Below are positions 58,702 to 64,000 of a stretch of DNA of 64,000 nt, piece after piece. Location of the stretch: contig CAVYRS010000002.1 in NCBI GenBank assembly GCA_963770995.1, forward strand, positions 569,404-633,403. The letters are read 5' to 3'. The position numbers were made by a program, and so were the translations under genes. The notes beneath the pieces were generated by a model. The model was given only the letters and a program-made list of their open reading frames with translations. It made no database searches and was not told the origin of the DNA. This stretch comes from an uncultured Acidobacteriota bacterium (GTDB taxonomy: Bacteria > Acidobacteriota > Vicinamibacteria > Vicinamibacterales > CAVVIG01). The stretch's first letter is position 1; each line of letters opens with the position of its first letter.

Positions 58702-58726
58702 CGGAGATTTGCCACCTGCGGCCTCA

Positions 58727-58978
58727 TTACGCCGCGGCGCGCCGGCCGAACGCTTCGACGACCCTGTGCCATCGTCTGAAACCGTGCGCGTGACTCGTCG
58801 AGAAGTTGCCGGCCTGCAACTGTCCGCGACGGCCGTCCGGCCGGAGGCTCCAGCCGGTTGATTCGTACCCGCAGCTGAGGCATCGCAGCGACAGCCGATA
58901 TCGCTCGAACTGCAGAATCGTGTCATGGCCGCGCAGGCCGCACATCATGCGACGCATGCGTTCCATTGCCCAAGTCAT
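58727..58978 (-). CDS. Small putative zinc-binding protein
   Basis: CGLRGH...RCLSCG..S.GW motif; GGGGAG RBS. Confidence 0.6.
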   Translation of the reverse strand: MTWAMERMRRMMCGLRGHDTILQFERYRLSLRCLSCGYESTGWSLRPDGRRGQLQAGNFSTSHAHGFRRWHRVVEAFGRRAAA

Positions 58979-59218
58979 GGCTCTCCCCCTGTTCGGCCGG
59001 TTGGACGCGAAGCGACAACGTTCCATGCGCCGCGGCTGGCGGCATCGGCGAGCAGCCACAACCGGAGACTACGAGCCCCCAAGAGCCAGAGGGCGTGCCA
59101 ATAGAACCGTTCGATGAGCGACGGGCCTCTAGTCAGCGGCATACGGCTCGTCAGTGCACCGGCAATGCCATGTCCCTGACCTTCTAATTCAGGGGTTCCG
59201 TGGCTGGAACCAGAGGCG

Positions 59219-59323
59219 TGCCGGAATTCCGGCGGGACGAGCGTTGCACGAGTCGGTGAGGTGTTGAGGCAGGCCAATTGCACGGACCGAGAGGAGGCGC
59301 AACGCCGCGACGGATTATCGGCA
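59219..59323. promoter_or_regulatory. Palindromes (59219-59234, 59308-59323) and sigma-54-like site (59267-59282) upstream of the CBS gene
   Basis: TGCCGGAATTCCGGCG; AGGCAGGCCAATTGCA; CGACGGATTATCGGCA. Confidence 0.55.
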
Positions 59324-59399
59324 CGCCGTTGCGCCCACTGCTTCCCCGGACAGGGGCCTGGTATCGGAGTGGAATGAAGATCGCCGATTGGAGGACCAC

Positions 59400-59858
59400 A
59401 TGCTCGTCAGTGAAATCATGAAGAGGCCGCCCGCCACGTGCAAAACGAGCGACAGCGTGACCGAGGCGGCGAAGATCATGCACGATCACAAGTGCGGCTT
59501 CGTGCCCGTCGTCGATCCGCACGGCGCCGTTGTCGGTGTGGTGACGGATCGGGATGTGTGCATGATCGTGGGGGACAAGAACCGAGCCATGACCCACGTG
59601 TCGGTCCAGGACGCGATGTCGCGTCCGATGTTCAGTTGCTATGGCGACGAGAACGTGAAGACGACGCTGGCGACGATGGCGAAGCGGCACGTCAGGCGCC
59701 TGCCCGTGTTGGACAAGCACGGACATCTCCAGGGCGTGCTCTCGATCGACGACATCATTCAGGCGCCGCCCCGACGCGGGTCGCCGAGCGCTGAAGACAT
59801 CGTGTCCGCGTTGAAGGGGATTTGCGCGCCCCGGCCCATCGAAACCGCTTCGGTCTGA
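59400..59858 (+). CDS. CBS domain protein (Hrp1/Rv2626c-like)
   Basis: VSEIM, CGFVPVVD, GVVTDRD, VRRLPVLD, GVLSIDD; GGAGG RBS. Confidence 0.92.
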   Translation: MLVSEIMKRPPATCKTSDSVTEAAKIMHDHKCGFVPVVDPHGAVVGVVTDRDVCMIVGDKNRAMTHVSVQDAMSRPMFSCYGDENVKTTLATMAKRHVRRLPVLDKHGHLQGVLSIDDIIQAPPRRGSPSAEDIVSALKGICAPRPIETASV

Positions 59859-59861
59859 GGA

Positions 59862-60353
59862 ATGGAGCTGTGTATGCCGGCGACATCGGCGACTCATGAA
59901 TTTCTTCGAGCGGCCCACGTGGGGTACACGGTGGTGCCGCACAGACCGGCGTACACCGCACAGGAGGAGGCGGCCGCCGTCCACGTCCCGGGCCGAGACT
60001 GGGCCAAGGTCGTCGTCTGCTTCGTCGACGGCGAACCCATCGAGGCCGTTGTGCCCGCGCCGCTGGTCGTAAATCTCGACCGGCTGCTCGAGGTAACTGG
60101 CGGGAGCGTGATCCGGCTTGCCCGGGAGGACGAATTAGCGCGCCTGTACCCCGGTTGTGAACCAGGCGCGATGCCTCCCCTCGGACTCTACGGCCAGACG
60201 GTGTTTGTCGACGTGACGCTGGCGAGGGAACCCGTGCTCGCCTTCAACGCCGGCACCCACACCGAAGCGATTGGGATGCGCTGGGCGGACTTTGCGGCGA
60301 GTGTCAGACCGATTGTGGCCCGTTTCGCTGAACCACCGCTCGATCAACTGTGA
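59862..60353 (+). CDS. YbaK/EbsC aminoacyl-tRNA editing domain protein
   Basis: H..AYTAQEEA, AKVVV, LARE, CEPGAMPP.G, FNAGTH. Confidence 0.88.
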   Translation: MELCMPATSATHEFLRAAHVGYTVVPHRPAYTAQEEAAAVHVPGRDWAKVVVCFVDGEPIEAVVPAPLVVNLDRLLEVTGGSVIRLAREDELARLYPGCEPGAMPPLGLYGQTVFVDVTLAREPVLAFNAGTHTEAIGMRWADFAASVRPIVARFAEPPLDQL

Positions 60354-60718
60354 GCGGGAAGCCCGCGCGAGGTCCGCGAGTGGCTCAGGTGAGAGGCGCG
60401 CTCTACTCGCCCCACAACGCCTGACCAGACCGAGGGCGTTCTTCGCAAGCGTCGACGGAATTCCGGCCATGATCTCGATAGTGTCGCGCCGCGCCGTCGC
60501 CGGTACGGCGGCGGCGACCTGAGCGGCTCCGCCACGTGATTGCCGGGTTTCCGGCACACGCCCTCGACGTGTTCGCTTCCCACCTCCGCCTCGCACCGGC
60601 AACTGCCTCGACGCCAAACAGTAACGAGAGTCGGCGCTGGTCGTGGCGATTGGCACGCCTCGTGAGAGACGTCTTTCGATTGCTTTCGTCCATGCAATTG
60701 ATTCGGGAGGCTGGGAAC

Positions 60719-63700
60719 ATGAGGAAGCGTCTTCTCGCGGTTGCGACCGTGCTGCTGGTGGCAATAGCGGCAGCGGCGCAAAGTCAGACCGGGCAGATTT
60801 TCGGCAAGGCGGCGGACACATCGGGCGGCGTGCTGCCGGGCGTCACGGTGACCGCGACGAGTCCCGTGCTGCTGCAACCGTTGATCGCCGTCACGAGCGA
60901 CACGGGCACTTACCAGTTTCCGCAGATCCCGATCGGCACGTATACCGTGACCTTCGAGTTGAGCGGGTTCCGGACGTCCGTGCGCGAGAACATCCGCGTC
61001 GAGATCGGGTTCAATGCGCAGGTCAACGCGGTGCTCGACATCGCAACGCTGCAGGAATCGGTGCAGGTCAGCGCGGAAAGTCCGGTCGTCGACCTGCGCG
61101 ACACGGGCAAAGGCTCGCGGTTCAACCTCGAAGCGCTCCAGAGCATTCCGTCGGCGCGTGATCCGTGGGTGATCATCGAGCAGTCGGCCGGCGTCGCGAT
61201 GGATCGGCAGAACGTCGGCGGCAGCGCGTCGGGCCAGCAGTCGAACTTCGTCGCGCGCGGCGCCGCCTTCAGCCAGCAGAAATGGAATCTCGACGGCGTC
61301 GACATCACCGACATGTCGGCGACTGGCGGATCGCCGATCTACTTCGACTTCGACGCACTGGAAGAGATGCAGATTTCCACCGGCGGCGCCGACGTCACGA
61401 TGCAGTCGCCGGGTGTGGCCGTGAACCTCGTGACCAAGAGCGGCACCGACAAGCTGCGCGGATCGGGACGGCTGTTCGTCACCGACGAGTCGTTCCAGTC
61501 GCAGAATGTCACCGACGAGATGCGCAAGCAGGGGGCCACCACCGGGAATCCGATCCAGAACATCAAGGACTACGGCTTCGAGACGGGCGGCCCGGTGCGA
61601 ACCGGACGCGCGTGGTACTGGGCCGCCGTTGGCCGGCAGAAGATCGACGTCGGCATCAACAACTTCTTCTCGCCTTCGGCCGAGTGCCAGGCGATGAAGG
61701 CGTCGCTCGCTGCCAATCCGCTGGCGGTGGCGCTCGACGATGTGCGGGGATGCCTCAGCACCGACCAGACGCTGCTGAACAACTACAACGCGAAGTTCTC
61801 GATGCAGGCGAGCAAGAGGAACCAGTTCTCGATGTTCTTCAACGCGGCGGAGAAGGTGCGCAACGCGCGCGACGCCTCGGATCTGCGTCCGATCGAAACG
61901 ACCTACCGCCAGATGGGCGTCGACCGTCCGGACCTCGGATCCTCCTGGTGGAAGACCGGGATGCCGAAGAGCTACAAGTGGAGCGACCGCCACATCTTCA
62001 CCGACAAGTTCCTGGTCGAGGGCTCCTTCTCGCACGTCGGGAACAATTTCGAGCTGGCGCTGCACGATCCGGCGCTGGCGACGGTGCAGCCGGGGTACGA
62101 GATCAGCACCGCTGCCTGGTCACGTTCGTATCAGGACGTCGTCTACGTCCGGCCAACCGATAGCGTCGACGTAATGGCGAACTATTTCCGACCCGGGTTG
62201 CTGGGCGGCGATCACGCGATTCGAGCGGGCCTGAAGATCCGCAACGACATCGCCCATTCGGAGAGCATGTACGGCGGCGATGGATACGCGCGATTCCGAA
62301 ACGGCGCGCCGACCGAGGCGCAGTTGTACCGTCGCGGCTTGACGGAGTACGGCTTGCGCAACCGCAACGCGTACGTGCAGGACTCCTACACGCGTGGCCG
62401 AGCGACGGTCATCGCCGGCGTTCGCTTCGACTATCAGACCGACTTCGCCAACGCGGCCACCGTGGTGGCGTCGCCGTTCTACGGTCAGCCGACGTTCGCC
62501 GGCGTCTACAGCAACGTGACGTATACGGGCCAGACCTTCACCCAGCTGCCGGCGATCAGCTTTCCGGGTGCGGACGCAGGCGTCGCGTTCAAGAACTGGT
62601 CGCCGCGCGCCGGCTTCAGCTACGACCTCGATGGGATTGGACGCTCGGTTCTCAAGCTCAATTACGCGCATTATGTCGGACAGGTCGGCACCGGCGACAT
62701 GTCGAGCACCTACAACACCGTGGTCTCGACCTATGTTCGCTATCCCTGGCTCGATCTCAACGGCGACAAATTCGTGCAAGCGAACGAGGTCGTGCTGACC
62801 AATGCGCCACTGAGCTGGACCACCGGCTACGATTACACGAGTCCAGCGAAGACCACGACCAGCGGCACGGTCGATCCAGACCTGAGCGTTGACACGACGG
62901 ACGAAGTCATCGTCAGCCTGGATCGGCAGCTCGCGTCGCAGTTCGCCGTCGGCGCCAGCTACATCTGGAGGCGCTACGGCAACTTCCGGAACAACGACTT
63001 GCTGAACTGGGATGTGAGCAACTGGACCACGGCCCAGATGACGCCGGATCCATCGTCATGCCCGGTGGGCGCGAGCTGCCCGCGGGTGACCTACTACGTT
63101 CCCACCAGCCAGATACCGGTGGCGTACATCTACACGAACGTGCAGGACTTCTGGCGCGGCTATCAGGGACTGGAGCTCACCGCACGCAAGCGCTTCAGCA
63201 ACAGCTGGCAACTGAACGCCAGCTACACCTACAACGACGCGCCGGTCCATTTCGAGTCGCCGCTCGGGTACGTCTACCAGTCGTCGAACAGCGATCCAAC
63301 GAACATCGAGTCGAGCCTGAACGGTGCCCAGTACGCGCCGGAATCGACGTCGAGCGGCCTCGGCAACGTGTACGTGAATGCACGATGGATCGCGAGAGTG
63401 TCGGGATCGTGGACGCTTCCGTTCTGGAAGATCAACGTCGCCGCCTTCTACAACACGCGCCAGGGCTATCCGTATGTGCGATCGGTGCTGACGGCGACAC
63501 GGCCGTTCAGCGCGGGCACGTCGAATGTCTACATCGATCGCCGCGGCGACCAACGGCTGCCGACGTTCCAGACCCTCGACGTTCACGCGGACCGGACGGT
63601 GACGGTCTTCAATCGGACGAAAGTGGTCCTCGGCCTGGACGTCTTCCAGGCGCTCAACGTGAACACCGTCTTGTCCGAGCGCGGCACGCAGAACGCCTCG

Positions 63701-63769
63701 AACGCCAATACGATCAGTTCGATCGCGGCGCCGCGCGTCCTGAGGTTCGGAGCGCGGTTCGCGTTCTGA
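60719..63769 (+). CDS. TonB-dependent receptor with N-terminal carboxypeptidase-regulatory-like domain (Oar-like)
   Basis: Signal peptide, D.SGGVLPGVTVT, IPSARDPW, NLVTKSG, YVQDS, PRAGF.YD, C-terminal PRVLRFGARFAF; palindrome TGCCGGGTTTCCGGCA at 60541-60556. Confidence 0.92.
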   Translation: MRKRLLAVATVLLVAIAAAAQSQTGQIFGKAADTSGGVLPGVTVTATSPVLLQPLIAVTSDTGTYQFPQIPIGTYTVTFELSGFRTSVRENIRVEIGFNAQVNAVLDIATLQESVQVSAESPVVDLRDTGKGSRFNLEALQSIPSARDPWVIIEQSAGVAMDRQNVGGSASGQQSNFVARGAAFSQQKWNLDGVDITDMSATGGSPIYFDFDALEEMQISTGGADVTMQSPGVAVNLVTKSGTDKLRGSGRLFVTDESFQSQNVTDEMRKQGATTGNPIQNIKDYGFETGGPVRTGRAWYWAAVGRQKIDVGINNFFSPSAECQAMKASLAANPLAVALDDVRGCLSTDQTLLNNYNAKFSMQASKRNQFSMFFNAAEKVRNARDASDLRPIETTYRQMGVDRPDLGSSWWKTGMPKSYKWSDRHIFTDKFLVEGSFSHVGNNFELALHDPALATVQPGYEISTAAWSRSYQDVVYVRPTDSVDVMANYFRPGLLGGDHAIRAGLKIRNDIAHSESMYGGDGYARFRNGAPTEAQLYRRGLTEYGLRNRNAYVQDSYTRGRATVIAGVRFDYQTDFANAATVVASPFYGQPTFAGVYSNVTYTGQTFTQLPAISFPGADAGVAFKNWSPRAGFSYDLDGIGRSVLKLNYAHYVGQVGTGDMSSTYNTVVSTYVRYPWLDLNGDKFVQANEVVLTNAPLSWTTGYDYTSPAKTTTSGTVDPDLSVDTTDEVIVSLDRQLASQFAVGASYIWRRYGNFRNNDLLNWDVSNWTTAQMTPDPSSCPVGASCPRVTYYVPTSQIPVAYIYTNVQDFWRGYQGLELTARKRFSNSWQLNASYTYNDAPVHFESPLGYVYQSSNSDPTNIESSLNGAQYAPESTSSGLGNVYVNARWIARVSGSWTLPFWKINVAAFYNTRQGYPYVRSVLTATRPFSAGTSNVYIDRRGDQRLPTFQTLDVHADRTVTVFNRTKVVLGLDVFQALNVNTVLSERGTQNASNANTISSIAAPRVLRFGARFAF

Positions 63770-63796
63770 TCGGTCGGCAGCTCACGAGAAAGGAGA

Positions 63797-63826
63797 CGCC
63801 GCACGGCCGGCCCGGGCCGTGCGGCG
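63797..63826 (+). terminator. GC-rich hairpin after the TonB-dependent receptor gene
   Basis: CGCCGCACGGCC-n6-GGCCGTGCGGCG; weak U tract. Confidence 0.55.
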
Positions 63827-64000
63827 TTGTCGCTGTACGATTCGATGTCGACAGCAGACTGGGTGCTGACCGTCACAACTGAGACTCGTTCTCACTACCT
63901 GCCGCAGCTTGGTGTCCCGCACGCGTTTGTCTTAGCATCGTTCGCCTACCTTGCGCGGACTCTGCCGAATGCATGTGAGAGACCTGCTGATCATTCTGTT

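Noticed and set aside
1-64000. Mobile genomic island, tRNA or rRNA
   Set aside because: No integrase, transposase, att repeats, RNA-gene signatures or obvious compositional shift; island here means a functional cluster only.

Overview
GC-rich bacterial window whose gene content suggests Acidobacteriota, probably Vicinamibacteria (inference). It contains no rRNA, tRNA, CRISPR or mobile element that I can support. It reads as one large low-oxygen/redox island. (1) A co-oriented minus-strand electron-transfer cluster at 33.7-49.6 kb: two small monoheme cytochromes c, a split CbcL-like pair (11-heme cytochrome c plus di-heme cytochrome b), a membrane-bound group 1 [NiFe]-hydrogenase with maturation protease, a monoheme cytochrome c, an ImcH/NapC-like inner-membrane multiheme, and two tandem MtrA/DmsE decaheme + MtrB/PioB porin modules with no MtrC. 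(2) A Rieske/cytochrome b/nonaheme cytochrome c complex downstream of feoBA, an AhbD-like radical SAM and osmC. (3) A DosR-like stress set: four USPs, an Rv2004c-like kinase fusion, Hsp20, CBS proteins and P-type ATPases. Many transcription units carry a sigma-54 type GG-N10-GC promoter and a recurring 16-bp palindrome, YGCCGG-N4-CCGGCR, which suggests one regulon. Frameshifts cluster at about 7.2-9.7 kb and 33.9-38.3 kb and probably reflect local sequence or assembly error. All family calls come from motif recognition by eye; no database search was run.
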